A DNA stretch of 64,000 nt from a virus (lineage: Duplodnaviria; Caudoviricetes), in the IMG/VR virus record IMGVR_UViG_3300043726_000004, positions 1 to 64,000 of that record; one strand, given 5' to 3'. The position numbers and the translations under genes were made by a program. Shown here in pieces: positions 28,759-39,525 of the stretch. The notes under the pieces were generated by a model. The model did no database searches and was not told the DNA's origin. It saw nothing but the letters and a program-made list of their open reading frames with translations. Each line of letters starts with the position of its first letter. The stretch's first letter is position 1.

Positions 28759-28968
28759 ATGGAGACGACGTCGCATCCCGCGCCAACAAGCCTACCGATT
28801 GAAGGACTTACCCGAGTATCGGGACGAGTGGATCGGATTCCCTCTAAGGCGCGGTGGTCTATTAGGGCTTATAGCCCGTATCCAGGCGCGCTGGTTTTCG
28901 AAGAAGTCGATGGTCGGATTTGCGCCACGTATCTACCATGGCCGCCGGACCAAAAATAAAGATGGCAC

Positions 28969-28999
28969 TTGATTTCATCCGGGGTCGGTGTTATATAAT
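28969..28999 (+). promoter_or_regulatory. repeated phage promoter (leaderless ATG at 29005)
   Basis: TTGATTTCATCCGGGGTCGGTGTTATATAAT. Confidence 0.75.
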
Positions 29000-30080
29000 G
29001 AATCATGAACACAAGAAGTGCCACCAGAGGCGCCGACCTGCTCATGGCTAGCACACCGTGCCCGTTCTGCGGTAACCCGCGGAAAAGTGCCGAACTACAC
29101 TGGGCTTTCAATCCAGAATGCCACAGGAGGGCAAGAATTGCTCACGCTGAACAGTCAAGCCGAAGCGCTGGCGGTGCCGAACAAGGTAGTCGTCGGGACC
29201 CGAGGTTCGAGCAAACGTCGCCGGACGGTAAGAGCTAGCACGTCCAATGTCGTCACTCAGGTGCGCAGGTCGATGGTGCGAAACGCCAAACGACGACGTC
29301 GTACTACTCGTCGGTAGCACCCCCCAAAAGTCACTCCCACTGTGCCGTAGTTGCCGGGATGCGTTCGACTCGATATCCGAGTTCTTGAACAGCATCCCGA
29401 CGTGGGACAACACGCCTGAGGCTAGGGCACAAGCCGAAGCACAACTGGAGGAGCTGCAACGGCAGCAGAAGGAGAAGAATGAACGATTCAGGAACGCCTT
29501 CAATCCGCCCCCAAACGCCCGCCCCGGCAACAGTGGACGCCCGATGCCCCAGATGCGAAGGTACCGTAAAGGTACCGCTGATCGTCCACTGGGTAAGGAC
29601 AGGTAGGTGGCAAGAACAAGCACACTGTACTCGCTGTGGTGTCAACTTCGAGTGGTATGACGGAACCCGAGAACGGCCTCCTGCAGGCAGCCCTGGCACA
29701 CCCATGTACCAGTACTATACAGGTTGGTACTGTGACCGTCCACTTGACGCCCCACCGCCTCTTGAGGTCAAGGGTCTCCATGGCTGACGACACAGGCAAC
29801 GGCATCAACATCATAGTCAGCGACGTCCTTGATGGACCAGGAGGTCCAGTTGCGTTTCGTGAAGCAGTACCACGGCGTGGTAATCGCGCTGGCCGTTACA
29901 GGTGCGTGTGTCCTTGGTGTGCACAGGATCTGGGTCAAGTTCCTGCGTACGACTTCGGCACGCTCTACAATAAGTTGGTCGAGCGCCAACGACCCCATAT
30001 GGAGAAATGTCCCGCACGAAACGAAGTTCGGATGAAGGTTCGTCGTCCAGATGGGACGCTAGGTTTCCTACAGGGTAGGT

Positions 30081-30500
30081 ATGGATAATACGCCCGCTCC
30101 ACCTATGACCGGTATTCGCATGACAACGTACGGGGACTCAGTCTCGTGGATGTTGGTTGATTCCGACTCCGAATACGGGTTAGTCAGAGGGTCCGCAGAG
30201 TTCACCCTGAATTTCATGGTTGGTGACGTCCCCTTCGTCTTTTTCAACCGGTTAGTAATCAACCCCGAGCGCGCCAGAGGCCACGGTTATGGGACCATGC
30301 TCATGAACGCGTGCCTGCCCTACTTCGACGAAAGGAGGTTGACCATACTGAACCCGATGAATCCGTATGACGCCAGTATGGAGGCCGCAACGCGTCGGTT
30401 CTTCCGGAAGTTCGGGTTCAGGCCAAGCGTTGTATCGTCACTGACTATTGACAACGTGACGAGTAACAACCTGCTGGTGAGACTTCCGTATGCCGTATAG
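30081..30500 (+). CDS. GNAT-family acetyltransferase
   Basis: Acetyl-CoA motif A INPERARGHGYGTMLM and FFRKFGF. Confidence 0.7.
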   Translation: MDNTPAPPMTGIRMTTYGDSVSWMLVDSDSEYGLVRGSAEFTLNFMVGDVPFVFFNRLVINPERARGHGYGTMLMNACLPYFDERRLTILNPMNPYDASMEAATRRFFRKFGFRPSVVSSLTIDNVTSNNLLVRLPYAV

Positions 30501-30793
30501 GTACGGAAATCGCCAGTACTACGGCCATCGAGATAACCACACGCCCGAATTTATTGCGGCCGGGACACTTTTGCTGCTAGGGTTACTGTTGCTCAGTGGT
30601 GTCCTACAAGGTGGGAATCCTGGTCCGAGCGCCGAAGAGGCAAAGGCCCGGAGCGCGGTAAGCGCGACCGCGACTGTAAGGGCGTTTCAACTCCCGAGAG
30701 TATATCCAAACCCGAACCCTTGAGCTGGCTGGCTGAACGACCCTCCGCTTAGGGCGAGAGAGGGCATAGAGACGAAAGGCGAAAGGACTACCA

Positions 30794-31060
30794 ATGTCGA
30801 CCGAAGAACAGAGCGATAATCCCGAACCCGAAGATACCGAAGACGAAGGGCCCTCGGAAGAAGAGGAGTACAACGAGTGGGCATTCGGCGAGATGACCCA
30901 GATTCTGCAGCAGGCGCGCAGTTCCTTCACCGGCGATGATGCCTTCCACGATGTGAGCCCGATCGAATCCGAGTCGGATTCTCCTGACGACGGCATGTCG
31001 TTCTCACTTGTGAAGGACGGTGACAGATACCGTATCAGTATCCACCAGGAAGAAGACTAG
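30794..31060 (+). CDS. small acidic protein
   Basis: AAAGGA RBS; very D/E-rich. Confidence 0.55.
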   Translation: MSTEEQSDNPEPEDTEDEGPSEEEEYNEWAFGEMTQILQQARSSFTGDDAFHDVSPIESESDSPDDGMSFSLVKDGDRYRISIHQEED

Positions 31061-31282
31061 TGGGTCAGCGTACCGTCAAAGTCGACGGTGTCGTAATTGA
31101 AACCCACAAGACCTATGGCGGCGATGAAGGATGGATCGAGCTGGCCTACGAAAGCGGCACATTGGAGTTTACCATCCTTCAGGTTACGTTTCACGGCGAC
31201 TGGATGGTCGACGACAACATGCTCAAGTCCATCTACGACTATGCCACTGAGGTCGTGACCCGACCAAAAATTTGATTGGCAC

Positions 31283-31313
31283 TTGATTTCTACCCGAGTC
31301 GGTGTTATATAAT
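31283..31313 (+). promoter_or_regulatory. repeated phage promoter
   Basis: TTGATTTCTACCCGAGTCGGTGTTATATAAT. Confidence 0.75.
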
Positions 31314-31348
31314 AAGATATCAGCATAGAAAGGAGGCAGAAGAGGCAC

Positions 31349-31699
31349 ATGGCAGAGGGCATACCAAAGGCCGAACGCGAGGGCGTTGAACTGTTCAACC
31401 TCGACTGGATCAAGACGCCCGAGAACCTTGGGACATGGGGCGACGGCCGTCAACTCGACGGACTGAAGCTCAGTGATACGGACGCTGAACTCCTGCAGAT
31501 GGGTTTGGTTGCACTAATCAAGGGCAACAAGCGCATCGTGGACGACATGCGGTCTGCAGAGCACAGGAATCCCTTTCCGACTATCGACAAGGAAATCGAC
31601 GTGGCAGGCGTCCTCGAAGGAACAGCAGGCGACGCACAGGAACTCTTGAACCGACTCATCATGTTGACGGGTCGCAATCTCGCAGAGAACGGTTGGTGA
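31349..31699 (+). CDS. hypothetical protein
   Basis: AAGGAGG RBS after the promoter. Confidence 0.6.
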   Translation: MAEGIPKAEREGVELFNLDWIKTPENLGTWGDGRQLDGLKLSDTDAELLQMGLVALIKGNKRIVDDMRSAEHRNPFPTIDKEIDVAGVLEGTAGDAQELLNRLIMLTGRNLAENGW

Positions 31700-31706
31700 C
31701 TACACA

Positions 31707-32912
31707 GTGAGAATTATCGCATCCAAGCGGATAACGGCAACAGGAGAGAACTTCTTCTACTGCCCTGTAACGGGGGCAAAGATGATCGATCCACTTGTCG
31801 TCAGTGAGCAGTCCATAGTTCAGGGCTGCTGTGGACACTGCAGAATCGAACGTCTGCAGAGCCGCTTCCGGATACACAACGACCAGGTGTCCGACGACAT
31901 CTTAGACTTCGAACCGGTAAAGGCCTATGACACACAGGGGAAATATACGGGTCACAATGTCATACTATCCCCTCGTCATACGTACATCGAGCCGAAGCTT
32001 GACGGTGTTAGGGCTCTTGTTCATTGTACGCCAAGTGGAGTGTATATTACGAGTCGACGCCGTGATGCTAGCGGCAGGTTTCGCCAATTCCAAGATAATG
32101 TGCCACACCTCCGTGATCATCTCGCCCTGATGAGCGTAGGTGAGGAAGGATACACGATCCTCGACGGCGAAATCATCATGACCGACGAAGGGTCGGGTAC
32201 GCTAGCGGCAACGATGTCTGTTGCTGGCAGCCTTCCGGAGACGGCAGAAGCCGTGCAACGAACACACGGTTGGGCGCGACTCGTCATCTTCGACATCCCG
32301 ATGTGGCAAGGGAACAGTGTCGAACACTTGTTCCTTGAGGATCGGCGACAGTTACTCGAGAACCTCGACCTCGAGAACTACGAGCACCTGTTCCCGATCC
32401 GATGCCACAAAGGTATCCCACCTGGCGAAGAACGAGAGAACATCCTGCAGGACTACCTCATGGAGGGGTACGAAGGCATCGTCCTAAAGGATCCAACTAG
32501 CGCCTACCGCAGTCCGAGAGCGTGGCTGAAGTTGAAGGACGAAGTCACACTCGACGTACAAGTGATCGGGTGGGAAAAAGGACGCATGGGCGGCAAATGG
32601 GAACAATCGCTAGGTGCGTTGTTCTGCGGCGTTATCGACTCGCGTACAGGTGAAATGACCGAAGTATGCGACGTCATGCCAGGCGACGACAGTGCCAGAG
32701 AGCGCCTCTTCGCCGAACTTGCACCGCTAAGCGACGACGAGATCCTCGACCGAAGGATGATCATCGAGATCAAGGGCCAATGCTGGACCTCTGACGGGAA
32801 GATTCGGCATCCACGCATCGTAAGGTGGCGAGAAGACCGAAGCGAACCAAACACTCTGGATCTGAGCCATGTGTTCGGCAAAGAGTGGCAGGAGGTGGCA
32901 GTTAGTGGCTAG
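31707..32912 (+). CDS. lig: ATP-dependent DNA ligase
   Basis: EPKLDGVR (motif I), LDGEI, IFDI, EGIVLK, WLKLK, RHPR...R.D. Confidence 0.92.
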   Translation: MRIIASKRITATGENFFYCPVTGAKMIDPLVVSEQSIVQGCCGHCRIERLQSRFRIHNDQVSDDILDFEPVKAYDTQGKYTGHNVILSPRHTYIEPKLDGVRALVHCTPSGVYITSRRRDASGRFRQFQDNVPHLRDHLALMSVGEEGYTILDGEIIMTDEGSGTLAATMSVAGSLPETAEAVQRTHGWARLVIFDIPMWQGNSVEHLFLEDRRQLLENLDLENYEHLFPIRCHKGIPPGEERENILQDYLMEGYEGIVLKDPTSAYRSPRAWLKLKDEVTLDVQVIGWEKGRMGGKWEQSLGALFCGVIDSRTGEMTEVCDVMPGDDSARERLFAELAPLSDDEILDRRMIIEIKGQCWTSDGKIRHPRIVRWREDRSEPNTLDLSHVFGKEWQEVAVSG

Positions 32913-33359
32913 GGCAATAGCACCGCGTTCGCGCAGGCACGCAAATCTGTGGCGTCTGCTCGACGGGTACTTCGAGACGCTGGAGAACTCGACTCTGGCG
33001 GACAAGTCCGTCGAGGACTACTATTACTTCGCCGAGTGCTTCGTCCGATGGGCAGACGGCAGTTTTGTACCAGGTGCACATCAGAACCTCCAGCACAACA
33101 ACATCGGTACAACACGGCAGTCGTTGGTGCAGACCAATGGACGAACGCATCAGTAGTGCAATCGGTTTGACGGAGGAGGAGGTCGACGTCTTGCTCGACC
33201 TCTTCCAACGTGCAGGTTCCATGGTCGCTCCGCGTCACGTCGACACCGCCAGAGCGCTTTTCCCACGACTGCGTAGGCTGAAATTTCAGCTGCAGGACAT
33301 GAAGCATCCGGAACGCAAGGTACGGAATATAGGAGTGGAGTTCCAGTTCGGGAACGCTG

Positions 33360-34208
33360 ATGCGCCGCCAACTCAGCCTGAGGGGTCCTCAGGGACGGAT
33401 TAGCTATTGTCAATGGCGTCTGGCAACCTTTGTCGAGAAAGAGGCCTACCGTGGCTATGACGTTGAAGGACGTCCGGCCCCTGGGGAGGAAAACCTCCTG
33501 ACAATGGTACAGATCCAGACGATCAACGGCGCTATGCGTAGCAGGTCCCCCTATAAGGCCTGGCGAGATACGCTTCACATACCACTGCCAGAGCTCGATG
33601 AAATCCCACCGGATTTGGATTTGATTCACGGATCCCACAAGGACGTTGAGAAGGGACTTCGTGCCCTACGCCGACTCATACGCCGGCTGACGTCATACCG
33701 CGGTCTTACAGACACGAGCACGTGCAAAGCGCTCCACCTGCTCAGACCACGGTTTATTCCGGTGAGTGATAGTCACGTTCGTCGTCTGTTGGGGGTCGAT
33801 CCCAAAGCCCCGTACGCCGACCGCGCTGTTGCGGTGGCCAGAGGGATGCGAAGACTAGCACGTGCTAAGGGCAACAGACGCACTTTGGCCAGACTTGAAG
33901 CCTACGTCGCTTCCTTGGAACTGACTGCAGAAAGGGGTAAACACCGAGACCCAAGCACTCTCATTCCGGTGTCGATGTCACAGTTACGCATACTGGACAT
34001 CATCCTGTGGTCAGAGGAGGCGTTGTACGGAAAACAACAACACGTCACGTGGCAAAGGGTTTTCCGTGACGAAGTAGGCATCGACCTAGTTCCTGAAGAC
34101 GGACTAGGCTGGTGGACGCGGCAACTATCCCGAAGGGCCAAGGACTCGACAAGCGCGGACAAAACCCAAAATCTGCACTTGATTGAGTCCACGGACCCTT
34201 TGATATAA
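33360..34208 (+). CDS. DUF6308-like protein (start uncertain)
   Basis: CKALHLLRPRFIPVSDSHV and LRILDIILW motifs. Confidence 0.55.
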   Translation: MRRQLSLRGPQGRISYCQWRLATFVEKEAYRGYDVEGRPAPGEENLLTMVQIQTINGAMRSRSPYKAWRDTLHIPLPELDEIPPDLDLIHGSHKDVEKGLRALRRLIRRLTSYRGLTDTSTCKALHLLRPRFIPVSDSHVRRLLGVDPKAPYADRAVAVARGMRRLARAKGNRRTLARLEAYVASLELTAERGKHRDPSTLIPVSMSQLRILDIILWSEEALYGKQQHVTWQRVFRDEVGIDLVPEDGLGWWTRQLSRRAKDSTSADKTQNLHLIESTDPLI

Positions 34209-34459
34209 TAGGATAGTAGAAAGGAGGAGTATGAGTAGCGACGACGTACGGCTCAGCCAAGAGAGCCTGCTGGAGGCCGCCCGTAAGGGCATTCAGGAGT
34301 ACGTCGAACAGTTCAACGAACAGCAGGGAAGTCAGGTTGAGGTGTTCCTTGATCTGGCGGGAATGTGCGTTGACATCGACGGCGGTGGTAGGTATGGGGC
34401 ATACAGCCTCGTTCTCGGGGATTTGTGAGGTGTCAACGCTTTGACAGGAAACGGGTGTA

Positions 34460-35041
34460 ATGCGATTTCGCCTCGCAGGCACGGCCTTATTGGTCGCATC
34501 AGTGTTCAGTTCAACGGCATCGGCACAAGAGTTAGGCCCAGGCACTGGATTCGTAACTCCCTATGGTCCATTCCCTGAGCCGATACAGGCGCCATCAGCA
34601 CCGCCTGCTCCTACCGACGAGGTGATCGAAACCGCCAATGAAGCCGGCGTCGATCCTATCGACCTCCAAGGGGCGGTCAATACAACAGGTATGAGTCCAA
34701 AAGACTATGCCTACGCGGTAGGAGACCTACAACGTCCGAAACCGACACTGCCAGTAGCATCCGCATCGTCGTCATCGTCGTCACCATCGGTGGCATACGG
34801 CGTCTGGGATCGACTCGCAGGGTGCGAAGCCAGTGGAATCTGGTCACGAAATACGGGCAACGGCTACTATGGTGGCCTTCAGGAGGATATGACCTTCTGG
34901 AGGAACTACGGTGGCACACAATACGCAGCACGACCTGACCTGGCATCACGAGATGCTCAGATCGCAGTAGCACAGAGAGGACTTGCAGCCCAAGGATGGG
35001 GTGCTTGGCCTCGATGTTCACGGATACTGGGTCTGAGATGA
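34460..35041 (+). CDS. secreted resuscitation-promoting-factor (Rpf) transglycosylase
   Basis: Signal peptide (ASA cleavage site); WDRLAGCEASG.W..NTGNGYYGGLQ...ASRDAQIAVA...QGWGAWP.CS. Confidence 0.9.
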   Translation: MRFRLAGTALLVASVFSSTASAQELGPGTGFVTPYGPFPEPIQAPSAPPAPTDEVIETANEAGVDPIDLQGAVNTTGMSPKDYAYAVGDLQRPKPTLPVASASSSSSSPSVAYGVWDRLAGCEASGIWSRNTGNGYYGGLQEDMTFWRNYGGTQYAARPDLASRDAQIAVAQRGLAAQGWGAWPRCSRILGLR

Positions 35042-35751
35042 CCTAACACACAAAGGAGGATAAGTCAACATAAGCCAATGGCCGACAAGCAGTTCTGCAT
35101 CATACACGAGTGGGACACAAAGGCAGGTGTCCGTCGTCAAGTGATGGGACCGATACCTACTAGGGCGAAGGCAATGACTATCGCGCAGTCCGAAGAGGAG
35201 TTCAACGGCGGAAGGTATTTCGTGGCGCCGTTCTACTCCATGGACGACATCAACGAAGTCACTGTGCCTGTTGCCATGGTCGGCACCAACTCCTAGGCAG
35301 TGTGCCTACTCACCGCAATACGACCTATAGACATGCACCGCCTGAGAGGTTCCAGTGCGTTGACGAGTTCGTTCATCCGGTTCTGAATGTCGAAGGGCAA
35401 GAAATTGCCTGGCGAGTCCGGTGCATGCTGACGAGTAGTCACTACACCAGTCACAGAGCCTGGGGTAACCTCAAAGGCCGACCCTGGGAACTGCGTTGGC
35501 AGAACCAGATGAGTACAAGGATCGATCTCACTGGACGTGTCGTGGGTCACTAAACTCCTGAACACAAGAACGTTGGGCCCGACGTGTGACGTATGTATGA
35601 GAGGTCACCACGTAGTAGGCGAACACGTGTTCGGGCCCAACAAACCCCTGAGCACCAAGCAGGTGTGCGCCTGCAAAGTATGCCCAGGGCTGAAACGGGA
35701 ATTCCTACGCCGTCAGGGCAAATGGATCGACACGAGGAAAATCACTGACTA

Positions 35752-37131
35752 ATGCCCGATCTTAGACCCTACCAAGTCGAAGATGTCAACCGAATGGTTG
35801 GGTCTAAACGACTGCTCAATGCCGGTGAAATGGGTGTCGGCAAGACGCCAGAAACGCTCGCTGCACTGGCGAAACTCCAACCAGAGAGGATTCTGGTCGT
35901 TGGCCCCAAGATTGCAATGCCAGTATGGGCCAACCTAGCAAAGGACTGGTACCCAAACGCATCTGACAACACGTTCATCTATGCTGGCACTCCTGCACAA
36001 CGGGGGCTAGCATGGGACCGCTTTCGGAAGAATGGCGGCGGTATCCTGATCAGTTCGTACAGCCAACTGCACGAGATACAGTCCAAAAGGCTCGGATACT
36101 GGCCCGCTATCGTTTACGACGAAGCACACGTACTACGGCACCACAAGACCAACCTATTCAAGGCCGCCGACAAAATGGTGTCCAACGTGCTCTACTTGCT
36201 GACTGGGTCGCCAATCGTGAGTGGACCTATCAACATGTGGGCGTACTTACACCTCCTCGACCCAGCGAGGTTCGCCAACTACTGGGACTTTGCACGACGA
36301 TTCTGCGCGGTCTACAACAATGGGTTCGGACTTGAGATAGGTGGTGCAAAAGATCCGGAGGGGCTGCGGAGCCTTTTGAGGCCGTACATGATTAGGCGGT
36401 TGAAGAAGGATGTCCTGACGGAGCTGCCACCAAAGACTCGGACAAAGGTGTTCGCTTACCATTCCAAGGTTCAAAGCCGCCTCTACGACGACATGGTTGA
36501 AGAGATGATGGCCGAAGTGCAACCTGGTGAGTGGCTGTTGGCACCGAGTCAGATGGCGAAGATAGTACGTCTGCGGCAAATCAACGTGTCCCCAGTTCTG
36601 ATTGGCGGCGATGATGACTCGGGATCGTGGTCTACGCTAGAAGAGGAGTTGGACCTGAACTTCGATAGCGGCAACGCGGTCGTTGTGTTCACTCCTTTCG
36701 CGCAGGCCATACCTTACATCGCCGCACATGCTCAACACGCGGGCTCCAAACTAACACGTTGGATTCAGGGCGGGCTTGATCCAAGGAAGGTGGCGCAGGC
36801 ACAGAGTGAGTTCGCAAGCTTCTCCGACTACCGTAAGGTCCTTATAAGCACGATCGGTGTAGGCAGCAGCTGGACAGCGACCGAAGCAAGCACTGCACTG
36901 TTTATCGGCTACGAGTGGTCGCCACCGTCCAATCTGCAAGCCGAAGACCGCATTCACAGGTTCGGCCAAACAAAGGCCGTGAACGTCAAGTACCTCACGT
37001 ACGAGAATACCATCGATGACCATGTACTCGAAGTGCTAGATGGTAAGACCAACTGGGCTCAAATCGTTCTCGACCCTCAAGAATTCTTCCGTCCTGGACG
37101 CCCACATGAGACTCGGAACGACAAAGCCTAG
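35752..37131 (+). CDS. SNF2-family helicase/ATPase
   Basis: LRPYQ, EMGVGKT, DEAH, LTGSP, RRLKKDV, QAEDRIHRFGQ. Confidence 0.92.
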   Translation: MPDLRPYQVEDVNRMVGSKRLLNAGEMGVGKTPETLAALAKLQPERILVVGPKIAMPVWANLAKDWYPNASDNTFIYAGTPAQRGLAWDRFRKNGGGILISSYSQLHEIQSKRLGYWPAIVYDEAHVLRHHKTNLFKAADKMVSNVLYLLTGSPIVSGPINMWAYLHLLDPARFANYWDFARRFCAVYNNGFGLEIGGAKDPEGLRSLLRPYMIRRLKKDVLTELPPKTRTKVFAYHSKVQSRLYDDMVEEMMAEVQPGEWLLAPSQMAKIVRLRQINVSPVLIGGDDDSGSWSTLEEELDLNFDSGNAVVVFTPFAQAIPYIAAHAQHAGSKLTRWIQGGLDPRKVAQAQSEFASFSDYRKVLISTIGVGSSWTATEASTALFIGYEWSPPSNLQAEDRIHRFGQTKAVNVKYLTYENTIDDHVLEVLDGKTNWAQIVLDPQEFFRPGRPHETRNDKA

Positions 37132-38041
37132 ACCCTCAGACATCCTCAAGCGGATCGAGGAGCAGCAGAAGCCCTGTTCGGGATGCAGACTGATCAAACC
37201 GTTTGCCGAGTTCCACAACTCCAGTAACTCCTCCGACGGGAAGCAAGGTTACTGCAAAACGTGCTACGCCGAAAGGCAGCAAACTACGATAGAGGAACTT
37301 CGGCGCGAAATGTTTATCGCTCTAGGTGCCAAGTGTTCCTGCTGTGGCCTCGACGACGTAACCCAGCTGGAGATGGACCACATTGTACCCAAACGCAGCA
37401 GGTACAACTCGCCTACACAGAACCACACTAGAGCCAAAGCCGAAGGGTGGCCAAGAGACAAGTATCAGGTACTATGCAGACCGTGCAACAAGTCCAAAAG
37501 CGCGGGTGTCATATGCCGGATAACACACAAACAGGACAAACAACCCATGGCAATGAGCACAGGCGGGAACCCGCTACGACATGAACCACCGCCGTCCCAT
37601 ATGGCTGCACCCGCGTCGGGCCCCCTTGTCGGCGATAGCGGAGGGGAAAGCCAGCCAGTTGCGGAGCCTCCTTCTCGGAGTGATTCCGGAGTGACTACCG
37701 TAGTTACGGAAGTAGCCACCGAGGTCGCTTTAGACGCGCAGGTGTCGACCCAGAAACCAGATAATACACGGAAACCGCAAGGCGAAGTGGATGGCGATCC
37801 GCCACCATGGAAGGAACTCATGCCCAGCGCATTGGAAACACGACTGCTCGAACTGACCGTCGAAGTTGACCAAATGGCGAAGGAGTACCGCGAATCCGGA
37901 ACGTCTCGCGAACGGCGCGCTCAAATACATGACTACTGTCTGGACCTCTATCGCGCACTGGTGCACATCAAGGACGTCGACGATGAACAAAAGCGGCAGG
38001 CCAAAGAAGGCCAAGACAAAGGCGACGAAACCGTCTACTGA
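37106..38041 (+). CDS. HNH endonuclease-like protein with unrelated C-terminal extension
   Basis: CSGC..KPFAEF...YCKTC, KCSCCG...EMDHI...QVLCRPCN. Confidence 0.65.
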   Translation: MRLGTTKPRPSDILKRIEEQQKPCSGCRLIKPFAEFHNSSNSSDGKQGYCKTCYAERQQTTIEELRREMFIALGAKCSCCGLDDVTQLEMDHIVPKRSRYNSPTQNHTRAKAEGWPRDKYQVLCRPCNKSKSAGVICRITHKQDKQPMAMSTGGNPLRHEPPPSHMAAPASGPLVGDSGGESQPVAEPPSRSDSGVTTVVTEVATEVALDAQVSTQKPDNTRKPQGEVDGDPPPWKELMPSALETRLLELTVEVDQMAKEYRESGTSRERRAQIHDYCLDLYRALVHIKDVDDEQKRQAKEGQDKGDETVY

Positions 38042-38283
38042 TGATGCTGCGAACAACGATGTGGCCACCACTGTGGACAATCCTTACAGGTTGGGTCGTT
38101 GCGGCTGTACTGCTGGCCTGGGGGTTCGCCAGGTGGCACCTCATCCAGAGGAAGCTGGACGAGCAGGACGCCGAGAGGCAGACCAGGGCCAAGGAATTGG
38201 AGAGAAAAGACGGGACGAGACTGCTTGATTAGTCCATTGCTAGTATGATATAATAGAGGTATGATCAGCAACAGAAGGGTAAC

Positions 38284-39525
38284 GTGACTACCTTCCTAGA
38301 CCTCCCTGAAGCACCTTTAGCGCCGCAGCCGAGGGTAAGGAGTCCGTACGATCCGCTGCCCTTCATCCGCTGGGAACCAGACGGGAAGCGAATCGTTCGC
38401 GTTCATACTAGCGACCGTATTACTTATCGGCGTTGTCGTCGACGATGGAACTGGAGCTCCCCAACGCGCGGCTTCCTTGAGGCTGCAGGTTCTCCACCAG
38501 CGCCGCTGTGGTTAGGAACGGGATTCCATTTCAGCTTGGAGGACTTCCACGGCTGGAACATCTTCGGCGACCCAGTCGACGCGCTCAACGCCTACGCGTC
38601 GTCCTTCAAACCTGACGAGCTGCCAGAGGATTGGGTAGAGAACGTGGAACTGGGAAGGTCCATGTTGCACTACTACACCCTGTGGTATCCGCGTCGTTCC
38701 GAGTTCGAAACACTCTGGCTGAACGACCCTATCACTGGACAACCAGTACCACAGGTCGAAGTCGAGTTCGAGATTCCGCTCTACGACTTGTGGGGGTCAT
38801 ATCACGGTGTTGAAACGGAGGTCTACTACGTCGGAGCCTTCGATCGAGTATGCGTTGATGCCTTCGGGCGTCTTTGGATTACTGATTACAAGACCGCCAA
38901 ACGCATCGACACGAACAAGCTCGAGACCGACCCGCAGATTAGTGCCTATACTTGGGCTGGTTCCAAACTGTATGCCGAGGGACTGGTGGAAGGCGTACTT
39001 TACATCCAGTTCGCAAAGCAACAGTCCGATCAGGTCACAGTCCTGAAAGACGGCAACCTGTCACAGAACAAGCAGATTGCCACGACGTGGGCTTTATACC
39101 GAGAGGCACTCATCCAACGGTTTGGGTCGGTACCACCTCAGTACGTGAATCACCTGAACTACCTAGCGACACAGGAGAACGCTGAAGGGGACATGTTCAT
39201 CAAGCGTTCTCTTGTACGTCGTAACGCGTATGCGATCGCCATGGAGGAAGCCAAGATCATGGCGGAGGTACGCGAGATGGTTGACACAGAGTTGCCGTTG
39301 TATCCATCCCCTGATCGCGACTGCTTCTTCATGTGTCCGTTCCGAGAACCGTGTCTGGCAATGGATGACGGGTCCGATTTCCAGCACTTGATCAACACCA
39401 TGTTCCAGGAACGAACTAAGGTGCCAGCATGGCGTAACAGGGTCAAGTGGCCGGCAATACCGCCAAGCCACGTGCTGGCGAAACGCAACCGCATTGACGT
39501 CAGCATGAGAGAAGGCTTGTTGTGA
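38284..39525 (+). CDS. PD-(D/E)XK RecB/Cas4-like exonuclease
   Basis: CRRRW, LGTGFH, VEVEF, GAFDR...ITDYKT, Q...Y, C-terminal C..MCPF...C; promoter at about 38225-38254. Confidence 0.85.
   Translation: MTTFLDLPEAPLAPQPRVRSPYDPLPFIRWEPDGKRIVRVHTSDRITYRRCRRRWNWSSPTRGFLEAAGSPPAPLWLGTGFHFSLEDFHGWNIFGDPVDALNAYASSFKPDELPEDWVENVELGRSMLHYYTLWYPRRSEFETLWLNDPITGQPVPQVEVEFEIPLYDLWGSYHGVETEVYYVGAFDRVCVDAFGRLWITDYKTAKRIDTNKLETDPQISAYTWAGSKLYAEGLVEGVLYIQFAKQQSDQVTVLKDGNLSQNKQIATTWALYREALIQRFGSVPPQYVNHLNYLATQENAEGDMFIKRSLVRRNAYAIAMEEAKIMAEVREMVDTELPLYPSPDRDCFFMCPFREPCLAMDDGSDFQHLINTMFQERTKVPAWRNRVKWPAIPPSHVLAKRNRIDVSMREGLL

Noticed and set aside
38284-39525. Cas4-like nuclease as the adaptation module of the RAMP system
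   Set aside because: It is 19 kb away, in the standard nuclease-Sak4-SSB phage recombination cassette.
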